Source of the DNA: Nitrosopumilus sp.
GTDB lineage: Archaea > Thermoproteota > Nitrososphaeria > Nitrososphaerales > Nitrosopumilaceae
NCBI GenBank assembly: GCA_965207075.1
Contig: CBDBLO010000002.1
Location: 896,001-960,000 of the forward strand
Direction of reading: 5' to 3'
DNA length: 64,000 bases
The notes under the pieces are model-generated. The model did no database searches. It was not told the DNA's origin and worked only from the letters and a program-made list of their open reading frames with translations. Shown piece by piece: positions 10,175 to 19,938 of this stretch. How positions within the stretch are numbered: position 1 is the first letter of the stretch; each line of letters starts with the position of its first letter. Both the position numbers and the translations under genes were made by a program.

Positions 10175-11755
10175 TCAGAGTTTCTTTGCCTGTATACGTG
10201 GCATGGATACGGACCTGCTCCTTGCATACTTTGAGATGATGTCGTCGGGGGTTCTTCCGTTGAACAGGTCCTTGCAGAGCCCCCTGAGGTACCTCATTAT
10301 GGCCCACGTGCCCGCCTTTAGCATTCCGTACATGAACACCTTCATGGGGGGCCCGTACGTCTTGTTCCTGAGTATTATTGGTATGATGTCGTTGATCACG
10401 CGCAGGTTGTTCTCCCAGCACTTCCAGAACAGCGTGAACTGTGCCTCGTTGAGGTTGCCAAAGTGCATCGAGTTCTTCTCGCTAAAGTCCTGGTACAGCA
10501 GGGGGGCCACCAGTCCCCTAAAGTCCATCTCCCTAAAGTCGCTCATCATGTCTATGGTATACTGTATGTCGTCCGGCGTCTCGTCGGGCCACCCTATGAT
10601 TATGGTGGCCGCCGGGAACCAGTGGTTCTCGTTGAGTATGCGCGCGCCCTCCCTCACCACGCTGCCCCACTCGTCAGTGGAGAACGGGCGCGTCTTGACG
10701 CCTAGGTGTTTTTTGACCATTGCCGGCGACACGGTCTCGATGCCCAGGTTGGTCGCAAGCCACCTGCCCGTCTCGTGCTGCATGTTGATCTCGGCAATCT
10801 TGCGCATCAGGTCGGGGTCGGCCGCCACCGCGGAGAACGTCATGTGCGTCGTGCCGACAAAGTTTGCCCCCAGCCCCTTCAGGCCGCTCCACAGTTCCGT
10901 GATTGCGTCGCTGTTGGGGCGCATGTCGCGGTTGTCGCACCCGTACAGCAGCATCTCGTCGGAGTGCAGCCATATGGAGTCAAACCCATAGTCCAGGTTT
11001 ACCTTGGCCTCGCGCTGCAGCCTGTCGAGCGGAAGGTCCTTTTTGGACCTCTTGTTGACGTCGCAAAAGTCGCACCCCCTTCCGCATCCCCGCATTGCCT
11101 CTATGAGCGAGTTTATGGTGGGCGACTCGATGACTGGGATGTTCTGTATGTTCCTGACAAAGCAGTGCATGAGTTCCGGCGCGTCCCCCTTTTCAAGGTC
11201 GTGGAACAGGTCCACTGCAAGCTCGTCGGCCTCCCCGGTCACCACCGTGTCTATGCCGTGGATCTTCATGCGGTCGCTCTTTGCAAGCTCCCACGCCCCG
11301 TTGCCTCCGACGACCACCTTGAAGTCGTACTTTTTCTTTAACTGTATTATGCTGGCGCACATCTTTTTGAACTTCATCGCCACGTACGAGAGCTTTTCGG
11401 GGGACATCGTGGTCGTGACCGGGGCCATCCCAAGCGGGTCCATCACGTTGATTCCGACCACCTTTGTGTCGGGACCTATGGACTTTTCAAGCATCTCGGG
11501 GTGCGCAACGAAGATGTCCTCCCTGCTGTAGTTGCCCTGCAGAAGGGCGCTCTCCACCCTCCGGAGGCCGATCTGGGCGACCTTTACCTCGCCGGTGACC
11601 GGATCCGTCTCGACAGACGGGCAGAACACCTTGTCGAAGACCCATTCAGGCAGTACCTCGTAGGGCCCGCACGCTATGAACCCGTACAGAAAGTTGCCCC
11701 TGTAGTTTGTCATGAGGCTGCGGTCGGCCGTGAGTACGATGCGCCTGCCATTCAT
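10175..11755 (-). CDS. B12-binding-domain radical SAM protein; GDGT ring synthase (GrsA/GrsB)-like
   Basis: CGRGCDFC (CxxxCxxC). N-terminal IVLTADRSLMTNY..FLYGF and GLRRVESAL...VGINVMDPLG resemble Grs-family proteins as recalled. Radical SAM call is firm; Grs call is moderate. Confidence 0.7.
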   Translation of the reverse strand: MNGRRIVLTADRSLMTNYRGNFLYGFIACGPYEVLPEWVFDKVFCPSVETDPVTGEVKVAQIGLRRVESALLQGNYSREDIFVAHPEMLEKSIGPDTKVVGINVMDPLGMAPVTTTMSPEKLSYVAMKFKKMCASIIQLKKKYDFKVVVGGNGAWELAKSDRMKIHGIDTVVTGEADELAVDLFHDLEKGDAPELMHCFVRNIQNIPVIESPTINSLIEAMRGCGRGCDFCDVNKRSKKDLPLDRLQREAKVNLDYGFDSIWLHSDEMLLYGCDNRDMRPNSDAITELWSGLKGLGANFVGTTHMTFSAVAADPDLMRKIAEINMQHETGRWLATNLGIETVSPAMVKKHLGVKTRPFSTDEWGSVVREGARILNENHWFPAATIIIGWPDETPDDIQYTIDMMSDFREMDFRGLVAPLLYQDFSEKNSMHFGNLNEAQFTLFWKCWENNLRVINDIIPIILRNKTYGPPMKVFMYGMLKAGTWAIMRYLRGLCKDLFNGRTPDDIISKYARSRSVSMPRIQAKKL

Positions 11756-11780
11756 AAACCTGACTTTCTCTTATGTGTAT

Positions 11781-12686
11781 TTATGATTTTCTAGAATGTC
11801 GCCTTTTCGTGCCTGGCCAAGGCCGGCGCGTGCCGCCGGATCCGCCTGTATTGCCGCTGTCGTCCCCTCCGCCTGCGGCATCGCCGTCCGCGTCTTTCCC
11901 GCCTCCGCGGGCCGCCGCCCCGCGCGCCCTGTTTGCGATCATTGACGCAATGCTTCCGGCCGCCGCCCCGCCGTCTATGTTTACGACTGCCATCCCAAGC
12001 GAGCAGCTCTGCAGCATCGATGCCAGGGCGGCCACGCCCCCCTGGCCGTACCCGTACCCCACGGATGTCGGCACGCCTATGACCGGCACGTCCATGAGTG
12101 AGGAGACCAGCGTGGCAAGCGCGCCCTCCATCCCCGCCACCACTATGACGCATCCCACGCCGGCGCACGTCATCTCCTTCAGCATGGGGAATATGCGCTG
12201 CAGCCCGGCCACGCCAACGTCGTATCCGGTGACGCATCTGCAGCCCATGGCCTCGCAGACTATTTTGGCCTCTTCTGCCACGCCCACGTCGGAAGTGCCT
12301 GCGGCAAGTATCCCGACTGTGGCGCCCGTCTGCCTTATGGGCCTGGTGTGCGCCAGTATCGTCGACGCGTTCCTGCCGGTTGACACTGATGCCCCCAGTC
12401 CCTTGGCATACGATATGATGCTGTCGTGGTCCTCCTCTCTTATGCGCGATATCACGGCCACGCCCTCTTTTTCGAGCATCCTTTTTGCAATCTCCTTTGT
12501 CTCGTGGACGCGCTTGGACTCGGCAAGTATTATTTCTGGAATGCCGCCCCTGCGCATTGACCTTTTTGTGTCGATCCTTGCATAGTCCTCTACCTCCTCT
12601 ATGGCGTATATCGAGAGGAGCTTTTCTGCCTCCTGCGCCGTGACGTCTCCGGACTTTAGCGCCTGGAGTATCTCTTGGACGTCCAT
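11781..12686 (-). CDS. larB: Nickel-pincer cofactor biosynthesis protein LarB (NaAD carboxylase/hydrolase)
   Basis: AGTSDVGVAEEA, DVGVAGLQR, AGMEGAL, PVIGVPTSVGYG, VVNIDGG motifs; low-complexity C-terminal tail. Confidence 0.92.
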   Translation of the reverse strand: MDVQEILQALKSGDVTAQEAEKLLSIYAIEEVEDYARIDTKRSMRRGGIPEIILAESKRVHETKEIAKRMLEKEGVAVISRIREEDHDSIISYAKGLGASVSTGRNASTILAHTRPIRQTGATVGILAAGTSDVGVAEEAKIVCEAMGCRCVTGYDVGVAGLQRIFPMLKEMTCAGVGCVIVVAGMEGALATLVSSLMDVPVIGVPTSVGYGYGQGGVAALASMLQSCSLGMAVVNIDGGAAAGSIASMIANRARGAAARGGGKDADGDAAGGGDDSGNTGGSGGTRRPWPGTKRRHSRKS

Positions 12687-12842
12687 CACGAAACAGCGCG
12701 GCGTGCGTCTAAAAAAAGCTTGAGTCTGTATCCGCCGCATGGGCCCGGGCCCCTGCAGGTCCGCTCCTGCCGGACTCCGCCTTCGGATTTCACGGGCCAG
12801 GGGCTTGGGCTTGTGCCAATTTGTCACAATGGCGGGCGGTGC

Positions 12843-13760
12843 TCATGCCTCGATTGAGGCTATCGCGCTCTTTACCGACTCGGCCGATTTTGCAAGGGCC
12901 GCCCTCTCCTCGTCGTTGAGGTCGAGTTCTATTATCCTCTCCACCCCGTCGCGGCCGATCACGGCCGGCACGCCCATTGTGATGCCCGAGTAGCCGTACT
13001 CGCCTTCAAGCGGCGTCGAGACGGGCAGCACCTGCTTTTTGTTCCTGACGACGGACTCTATTATGGACGACACTGCGTTTCCGGGCGCGTGCACGGTGGC
13101 CCCCTTCAGCTCTATCACTCTTGCAGCCACCTGCCTCGTGTCGGTTGTCAGCTTGCCAAGCTCCTCCCTCTGCAGTATGTCGTGCAGCGGCACGCCTGAT
13201 ACGGACGAGAACCTCGTCAGCGGCAGCATGTTCTCCCCGTGCTCGCCTATGACAAGCGCCCTTATCGAGTCTCGGGAGTGTCCCGTCGCCTCGTGTATGA
13301 ACTGCTTGAATCTTGACATGTCGAGCATTCCGCCCATTCCAAATACGCGGCTCCTGTCGAATCCAGAGACCTTGTATGCGACGTACGCCATGGGATCAAG
13401 CGGGTTTGTCACTGGTATCAGCATCGAGTCGGGCGCGTGCCTTTTCACCTCGCCAATCACGCTCTTTACTATGGACGAGTTGATCTTCAGCAGGTCCATC
13501 CTGGTCATGCCGGGCTTTCTGCCGGAGCCTGCCACTACGACTACGATGTCTGACCCCCTCATGTCGGCATAGTCGTTGGAGCCTCTCACCTCCACGTCCG
13601 TGCCGAGTTCTGCAAGCGCGTGGTTGATGTCCATGGCCTCTCCCTGCGGCAGCCCCTCGACCACATCGAGCAGCAGTATCTGATCGTCAAGCTGCTTTAG
13701 CGCAGAGAAGAGCGCGGCGTCTCCGCCCACCTTGCCGGAGCCTATGATCGTAATCAACAT
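12843..13760 (-). CDS. mdh: Malate dehydrogenase (LDH-like archaeal type)
   Basis: IIGSGKVG nucleotide-binding loop, [10 protein letters not shown] substrate loop, TNPLD, GEHGE. Confidence 0.93.
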   Translation of the reverse strand: MLITIIGSGKVGGDAALFSALKQLDDQILLLDVVEGLPQGEAMDINHALAELGTDVEVRGSNDYADMRGSDIVVVVAGSGRKPGMTRMDLLKINSSIVKSVIGEVKRHAPDSMLIPVTNPLDPMAYVAYKVSGFDRSRVFGMGGMLDMSRFKQFIHEATGHSRDSIRALVIGEHGENMLPLTRFSSVSGVPLHDILQREELGKLTTDTRQVAARVIELKGATVHAPGNAVSSIIESVVRNKKQVLPVSTPLEGEYGYSGITMGVPAVIGRDGVERIIELDLNDEERAALAKSAESVKSAIASIEA

Positions 13761-14037
13761 GTGGGATGGACAGGAGTCGATAATTAAACCTAGATCAGTG
13801 GCCCGCCCACTCGCACGCGCAGGCCGTCGGCAGGCTCGCGATTGGAGCGGCTGGATTCCGGTCGTGTGCACGCGCAGAGCCGGCCGGCCCAGGCGCCGCC
13901 ATGTCAATGCGGCCGGGTAACCGGCCAGTCACTGGCCGCTTGCTGGTGGGGGCTTTGTGGGATGCCTGCCGTGCGTGAATTCGGCGCCCGTGCGGGCGTT
14001 TAGTCGAATTTATAAGCATTTTTTCGTGTCAAGACTC

Positions 14038-15510
14038 ATGGTTCTGGTGATAGATCCGCAGGTGGCCGGCATCTCCGGCGACATGTTCCTGTGCGCCCTT
14101 GTCGACATGGGCGCCAACGGCGGCGCCGTCATAGACGGTGTCAGAAAATCTGCCGTACACCTGGACGGCTGCGCCATAGACTCGATGGAGTTCAGGCCGA
14201 CCACCAAAAACGGCACCTCGGCGACAGGGCTGTCCTTGGAGGCCCGGGACGGGCATTGCGACGACGGCGCACCCCGGCACCCCACACGAGCAGGCTCGGA
14301 GATGCTGGATGCCGTGAGGATCTCGTCTGCAGGCCTTGGGCTGTCTGATGAGGCCCGCTCGTACGCGTCTAGGTGCGTGGAGATCCTGGTGACGTCCGAG
14401 TCAAGGGTGCACGGCGTCACGCCGGATTCGGCAATACTCCACGAGGCGTCTGACGTCGATACCCTGGTTGACATAATCGGAACCGCGGTCGCGCTTGACG
14501 ATCTGGGGCTTTTCGGGCAGCGCATGGTATGCCTTCCTGCATGCGTGGGAAACGGACTGGTCTCGTTCTCGCACGGGACGGTGTCGAACCCTGCGGGCGC
14601 CATACTTGAGATATTCGAAGAGTCCGGGCTGCAGATACTGGGCTCGCAGGCCGGCCGCGAACTCACGACCCCGACTGGGGCCTGCATGCTTGCCGCACTA
14701 TCCCCCGAGCCGGTCTCCTCTTATCCTTGCATGCGTGTGGAGTCAGTCGGGTATGGGGCCGGGCAGGCCGACGTCGAGGGGATCTCAAACGTGCTGAAGC
14801 TCGTGCGCGGATCTGAGCCTCGTGCGCCTGCTGCAACTGCTGCAGCTGCCGCCGCCTCCGCTGGCCAAGCCCTGGGGCACGGCGGCCTCAGGACCGAGCG
14901 CATATGCGTGCTGGAGACCAACGTCGATGACGTGTCCGGCGAGGTCCTTGGAAGCGTGGTGGGCAGGCTCATGGCGGCCGGGGCAAAGGACGTATCCTTG
15001 TTTCCCGGACTGACAAAAAAGAACAGGCCGACCAGCCTGATATCTGTCATGTGCCCCGAAGAGGCGTCAGGACGCCTCGCTGGGCTGCTGATGGCCGAGA
15101 CCGGCACGCTGGGGGTCCGGATATCGGCCTCGGAGAGGATCGTGGCGCAGAGGCGGCAGCTGAAGATTGATGTGACCATATCGGGCAAACGGTTCGAGGT
15201 GCGGTACAAGGAGCGCTTGCCCGGCACGCCGGGCACTGCCGGCCGCTACGACAAAACCTCTGGATTCAAGATAGAGCATGATGACATCCAGGCCGTCTCA
15301 GAGGAGCTGCACGTCCCGTTCAGGGATGCCGAACTGCTGCTGCGGCACCGTATAACGGAGAGGCGGCTTGATGGCCACGGCCGCGGCGGTGACGACGGCG
15401 ACGACAAAGAAGATGCTGCTGCTGCTGCAGCTGCTGCTGGCACCGGCAGCAGCCCTGCCGGCCGCGCCGACGCAGGAGCAGCAAGAGGGGAAGGAGGCGG
15501 TGCCGCGTGA
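14038..15510 (+). CDS. larC: Nickel insertase LarC (fused LarC1/C2)
   Basis: AGISGDMFLCAL, LHE..DTLVDIIG, ELTTPTGA, GYGAG, LETNVDD, ETGTLGVR. TTTATAA ~25 nt upstream. Confidence 0.93.
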   Translation: MVLVIDPQVAGISGDMFLCALVDMGANGGAVIDGVRKSAVHLDGCAIDSMEFRPTTKNGTSATGLSLEARDGHCDDGAPRHPTRAGSEMLDAVRISSAGLGLSDEARSYASRCVEILVTSESRVHGVTPDSAILHEASDVDTLVDIIGTAVALDDLGLFGQRMVCLPACVGNGLVSFSHGTVSNPAGAILEIFEESGLQILGSQAGRELTTPTGACMLAALSPEPVSSYPCMRVESVGYGAGQADVEGISNVLKLVRGSEPRAPAATAAAAAASAGQALGHGGLRTERICVLETNVDDVSGEVLGSVVGRLMAAGAKDVSLFPGLTKKNRPTSLISVMCPEEASGRLAGLLMAETGTLGVRISASERIVAQRRQLKIDVTISGKRFEVRYKERLPGTPGTAGRYDKTSGFKIEHDDIQAVSEELHVPFRDAELLLRHRITERRLDGHGRGGDDGDDKEDAAAAAAAAGTGSSPAGRADAGAARGEGGGAA

Positions 15511-16454
15511 AGCGGCTCCGTGATCTCACCCGGTGGTTTGAGGGCAGGCGGGGGGCCCTCGTGGCCCTCTCCGGCGGGGTGGACAGCGCCCTCGTGGCAT
15601 ACGCGGCGTTCTCCCGTCTCGGGGACTCTGCCGTCGCAGTCACGGCGGACTACCGTACCCTGTCACAGGAGGAGCTTGGTGCCGCAAAGTCCGTATGCTC
15701 CGAGATCGGGATCCGGCACGTGATGCTCCAATATGACGAGCTTGAGAACCCTGACTTTGTAAGGAACGACAGCCTCAGGTGCTACCACTGCCGGTCGGAG
15801 CTTGGGGGGCGCATCGCGAAACTTGCCGAGGAGATGGAGGGGCACTGGGACGTGGTGGACGGCACGAACCTTGACGATCTTGGCGATTATAGGCCCGGCA
15901 TAGAGGCGATGAGAAAAAACCGAGTCCAGAGCCCGCTGGTGGAGACGGGCTTTACCAAGGATGACGTGCGGGCAGTCGCCAGGGATGTGGGACTCTCCGT
16001 ACATGACAGGCCGTCAAACTCCTGCCTTGCATCTCGAATACCTTGGGGCGAGCGCATTACTGCCGAGCGCCTTGCGCGCGTCGAACTCGGGGAGCGGATA
16101 GTGCGCCAGATGTCCGGAGCGCGGCAGGTGAGAGTGAGGGACGTGGGGGGCTCCGCGAGGATAGAGGTGGAGCCTGAGGCGCTCTATGTGTTCGATGACG
16201 GCGACGACCGCGTCCGTGACGGCAACTGCGGCGCCACGCACCGGGGCAAGCCCGACGGCGGCAGCCGTCTAGATGCGCGCCGCGGAGTTGCCGATGGCCG
16301 CGCCGCGGATGCCACCGGTCCCGCGCGGGGACTTAGGGGGCGCCGGCTGATGCAGGCAATCACAGAGCGCCTTGTCCTGATCGGGTTTGACGGGGCCGCC
16401 CTTGACCCCGAAGGATACAGGCCCGGCAAAATCAACGACGTGGTGACGCATTGA
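15507..16454 (+). CDS. larE: ATP-dependent sulfur transferase LarE (CxxC...C, Fe-S type)
   Basis: PP-loop ALSGGVDS, RCYHCR, DGTNLDDLGDYRPG, SNSCLASRIP. Overlaps larC by 4 nt. Confidence 0.93.
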   Translation: MKRLRDLTRWFEGRRGALVALSGGVDSALVAYAAFSRLGDSAVAVTADYRTLSQEELGAAKSVCSEIGIRHVMLQYDELENPDFVRNDSLRCYHCRSELGGRIAKLAEEMEGHWDVVDGTNLDDLGDYRPGIEAMRKNRVQSPLVETGFTKDDVRAVARDVGLSVHDRPSNSCLASRIPWGERITAERLARVELGERIVRQMSGARQVRVRDVGGSARIEVEPEALYVFDDGDDRVRDGNCGATHRGKPDGGSRLDARRGVADGRAADATGPARGLRGRRLMQAITERLVLIGFDGAALDPEGYRPGKINDVVTH

Positions 16455-17770
16455 ACTTCATATACCTTGACAATGCGGCGTCCACCCGCATGTATCCGGA
16501 TGTGGTTGACGCCATGCGCCCGTATCTGGAGGGCCAGTACGGAAACCCGTCCTCGATTCATCGCGGTGGACGGATGGCCAGAAAGGCGGTCGAAGCGGCG
16601 CGCAAGCAGGTGGCACGCCTGATAAACGCCATGCCCCGGGAGATCGTATTCACGTCCGGCGGGACGGAATCCAACAACATGGCCCTCTGCGGAGCTGCGC
16701 TGGCCGCGTCTGAGACGCGGCGCGCGTGTCGCATAATCACCTCGTCCATAGAGCACGATGCGGTACTGGAACCGTGCATGGATCTGGCACGGCGGGGAAC
16801 CGCCTCAGTCGAGTATCTGCCCGTCGACCGGCGTGGAACGGTTGACACCAGAAGACTTGCCAAACTGCTTGGCGTGGATGAGAACAGCGGCTGCGGTGAC
16901 GGCTGTGATGGAAGTGTCAATAATGGCGACGGCCACGGAGGCGGCAGCGCCGGCGCTACGCTGCGGGATCCGCGGCTCAAACCGCCTGCCGCGCCCAATC
17001 CTGCATCCGGGCAGCTGACGCTTGTCTCCGTGATGTATGCCAACAACGAGGTGGGGACAATCCAGCCGGTCCGGGAGATTGCACGCATGTGCCGCGCCGC
17101 AGGGGCGCTGTTCCACACCGACGCGGTCCAGGCCGCCGGAAAGATCCCAGTTGACGTCAAATCACTCGGGGTCGACATGATGTCAGTATCGTCGCACAAG
17201 ATACACGGACCTAAGGGTGTCGGGGCCCTCTACGTACGCGCCGGGACAAGCCTGGCGCCGCACGCGCTGGGTGGGGGACAGGAGGATGGAATGCGCTCGG
17301 GAACGGAGAACGTGGCCGGAATTGTGGGGTTTGGGGCGGCCGCCCGCATCGCGCGTGACGGCATTGGCATCCACATGAGCCACACGCGTGCACTGCGTGA
17401 TCTTCTCGTATGCCGGATACTTGAGGAGATACCCCAGTCCGCGCTGAACGGCGATCCGGCCGCCCGCCTTCCGGGAAACTCGCACTTTACGTTTCTTGGC
17501 GTCAACGGAGAGGATCTGCTGGTAAAACTCGACGAGTATGGCGTTGCCGCCTCCACAGGATCGGCCTGTTCTGTACACACACAAAAGGCGTCCCACGTAC
17601 TGCAGGCAATGGGGTTCACGCATGAGCAGATAGCCGGCTCTCTGAGGCTTACTCCTGATACGCTCAACACCGGTGACGAGGTGGATCGCGCAGTAGACAT
17701 CCTCAAGAGGGCGGTGGCAGAACTGCGGGCCGTCTCCCCCTTCAAGTCAAAGTACGGGTTTGACGCGTAG
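16451..17770 (+). CDS. iscS: Cysteine desulfurase (IscS/NifS family)
   Basis: YLDNAAST, FTSGGTESNN, HTDAVQA, SSHKIHGPKG (PLP lysine), STGSAC catalytic Cys. Overlaps larE by 4 nt. Confidence 0.93.
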   Translation: MNFIYLDNAASTRMYPDVVDAMRPYLEGQYGNPSSIHRGGRMARKAVEAARKQVARLINAMPREIVFTSGGTESNNMALCGAALAASETRRACRIITSSIEHDAVLEPCMDLARRGTASVEYLPVDRRGTVDTRRLAKLLGVDENSGCGDGCDGSVNNGDGHGGGSAGATLRDPRLKPPAAPNPASGQLTLVSVMYANNEVGTIQPVREIARMCRAAGALFHTDAVQAAGKIPVDVKSLGVDMMSVSSHKIHGPKGVGALYVRAGTSLAPHALGGGQEDGMRSGTENVAGIVGFGAAARIARDGIGIHMSHTRALRDLLVCRILEEIPQSALNGDPAARLPGNSHFTFLGVNGEDLLVKLDEYGVAASTGSACSVHTQKASHVLQAMGFTHEQIAGSLRLTPDTLNTGDEVDRAVDILKRAVAELRAVSPFKSKYGFDA

Positions 17771-17871
17771 CGGCCCGTCACATCGCTGCAAAAACAAGTA
17801 AAAACAAAAACAAAAGCCACGTGACCCGCGCCGCACACCCCGCGTCTTGCGCGCGCGCACGGCGTAGGAGC

Positions 17872-18834
17872 CTACTGGGACGCTGCGGATCCGCCATAGC
17901 GGGCGGTCAGAACACCATACCGCTTGCCTCTAAGCAGCATGACTGATGCCAGCATTACTCCAGCAACTGCGGCCATTACGGCTATCATGTGCTCGAACTC
18001 TGGCACCGCATACGTCCCTATTATGGCGATCTCTGAATCGCCCTCCAGAAAGTCGATTGTAATCTCCCTTGAAGTCTGTCCGGGAGATGACTCGTCGTAT
18101 GCGGTCTCCACGTCGTCGATCAGAACTATAAAGATCTCGTCCGTGGTGCTGGATCCGTCTGTCCTCTCGGCCCCTATGTACTTGCGCGGCAGTTCCATGG
18201 TGATAGAGCCGCCACTGCTGCCGGTCACGCTGATGTCTACTAGGAGCGTAAAGTCCCTCCAGTCGAGCGTCATGTCCTCCACCGTGCCGCCGGTTATGAC
18301 GTACTTTACATCAAACGTCTCGCTTCCCGCGTCCACCTCTGTGCTCCCAGTTATCACCTCTGAGCTGCCGCCCGGCACGCCGGTCCCTGGCACGATGGTG
18401 AACTCTGTAGTGGCCTTGCCGTCAGGGCCATATCTGACACTCACCTCGTACTCTCCGGGCTTTGCCCATTTTGCGCCCTCGGTCTTTACTATATCCCAGT
18501 ACGAGTTGTCGCCTGCCGGCGTAATCTGGTTTATGTAGACGGGGTTGACGTCCGTGAATACCTGCAGTATTATCGGCGTGTCTATGACATTGGTCGCAAT
18601 CTTGCCTGATATTATGATGGCATCCCCGTTCCTGTATTCGGCCCTGTCAGTGGTCACTGTTACGATCTGATTCTGCGGGGCTATCTGGCGCGTCCCGCTT
18701 TCGTCTCCCTCCTCCTGCGCGGCCGCGTCTGAGACCGTCCAGACTGCCGGAGCCGCGGCGCCAATCGCTGCTGCCGCCACCAGCACCACCATAAAAAAAC
18801 GCCGTGCATCCCACCGCAGAGTCATCCCGCTCAC
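17872..18834 (-). CDS. PEFG-CTERM-type surface protein (variant motif VPEFE)
   Basis: Signal peptide, Ig-like domain, IAIIGTYAVPEF followed by TM and basic tail. Confidence 0.85.
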   Translation of the reverse strand: MSGMTLRWDARRFFMVVLVAAAAIGAAAPAVWTVSDAAAQEEGDESGTRQIAPQNQIVTVTTDRAEYRNGDAIIISGKIATNVIDTPIILQVFTDVNPVYINQITPAGDNSYWDIVKTEGAKWAKPGEYEVSVRYGPDGKATTEFTIVPGTGVPGGSSEVITGSTEVDAGSETFDVKYVITGGTVEDMTLDWRDFTLLVDISVTGSSGGSITMELPRKYIGAERTDGSSTTDEIFIVLIDDVETAYDESSPGQTSREITIDFLEGDSEIAIIGTYAVPEFEHMIAVMAAVAGVMLASVMLLRGKRYGVLTARYGGSAASQ

Positions 18835-18959
18835 TAAGTTCGTATATACTCATTACTATTTAAAAGAAGTAATGCCGGCCTGCGCGGAGGTCGGCCTGCA
18901 CACACGTGCCTTTGGCCAGCACGCGCCGCCAATAATAAAAAATGAAAAATGCCGTCTTT

Positions 18960-19880
18960 CTAGAGCCTCGGCGCAATTATGCTTAGCCTTGATCTTGCAG
19001 ACACTACTATCACTGAGACAATGGCGACTGCCAGTATCATGGCCGCGATGGTACCGAACTCTGGTATGACATGCGTGCCGATCACCTCTATCACCTCTGT
19101 CTCGGGGCCGAATTCTACTGTGATCGTACCGTCTTCGCCGATCATATAGTCGTCAGACTCCTCGTTGTCCACCAGAACCATGAAGACCCCGTCGATGACC
19201 TCGCTGGAGGGCATGAGCACGAGCGTTCCGTCGCCGGACGCCTCGATCATAATGACAAGCGAATTGTCCTCGGTGTTGGCGCTTATGCCGGTTACCGTTC
19301 CGCCCTCAATGGAGTATGGGAGGCACGCGTCCATGACTGTCAGCTCATTTGCTGCGCACTCCCCGTCCCCTGCCATCACCTCGTCCATGGCCAGTACGGG
19401 ATTGCCGGTACCGCCTACGAGCTCGATGTGGATCCTGTTTGAGTTGTGGCCCTGCTGAACCTTTATGGTGTAGACACCGTCTGACGCCCACAGCCTGCTT
19501 GCGGTGTTGAGGGCCACCTCGAACGTGTTGTCATCCTTGACATCGATCTGATCGATAGTAACCACGCTTCCGATTGCGTTCCTCACCATGACGGTGACCT
19601 GGGGCATGCTCCCGGTGCCTGCCACGCTGGGATTGGATACGTATCCACTAAGCGTTACTATCTCGTCGTGGCCGTACACTTCCTTGTCAGTCCATACTGA
19701 TATGGGGACTGACCTTAGCAGGTGCTCTTCTGCAACTGCAATGGAATCTTCAGCACTGCAACCCACGCATGCTTCTGGAAGGCCCTGGTTCTCGAACTCT
19801 TGGGCATGCGCTGATGATATGGTTATGGTACTGACTACTGCCAAAACGACCAGTAGCGCTAAAGATGCACTGATATTCAT
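18960..19880 (-). CDS. PEFG-CTERM sorting-domain surface protein
   Basis: Signal peptide ending AHA, CVGC near N-terminus, VIPEFGTIAAMILAVAIVSVIVVSARSRL. Start 19880 fits the upstream TTTAAATA. Confidence 0.9.
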   Translation of the reverse strand: MNISASLALLVVLAVVSTITISSAHAQEFENQGLPEACVGCSAEDSIAVAEEHLLRSVPISVWTDKEVYGHDEIVTLSGYVSNPSVAGTGSMPQVTVMVRNAIGSVVTIDQIDVKDDNTFEVALNTASRLWASDGVYTIKVQQGHNSNRIHIELVGGTGNPVLAMDEVMAGDGECAANELTVMDACLPYSIEGGTVTGISANTEDNSLVIMIEASGDGTLVLMPSSEVIDGVFMVLVDNEESDDYMIGEDGTITVEFGPETEVIEVIGTHVIPEFGTIAAMILAVAIVSVIVVSARSRLSIIAPRL

Positions 19881-19938
19881 CTTGATGGGATCTGCACCTC
19901 TCACTATTTATATATTTAAAAAGTAAAAAATTGTCCCT

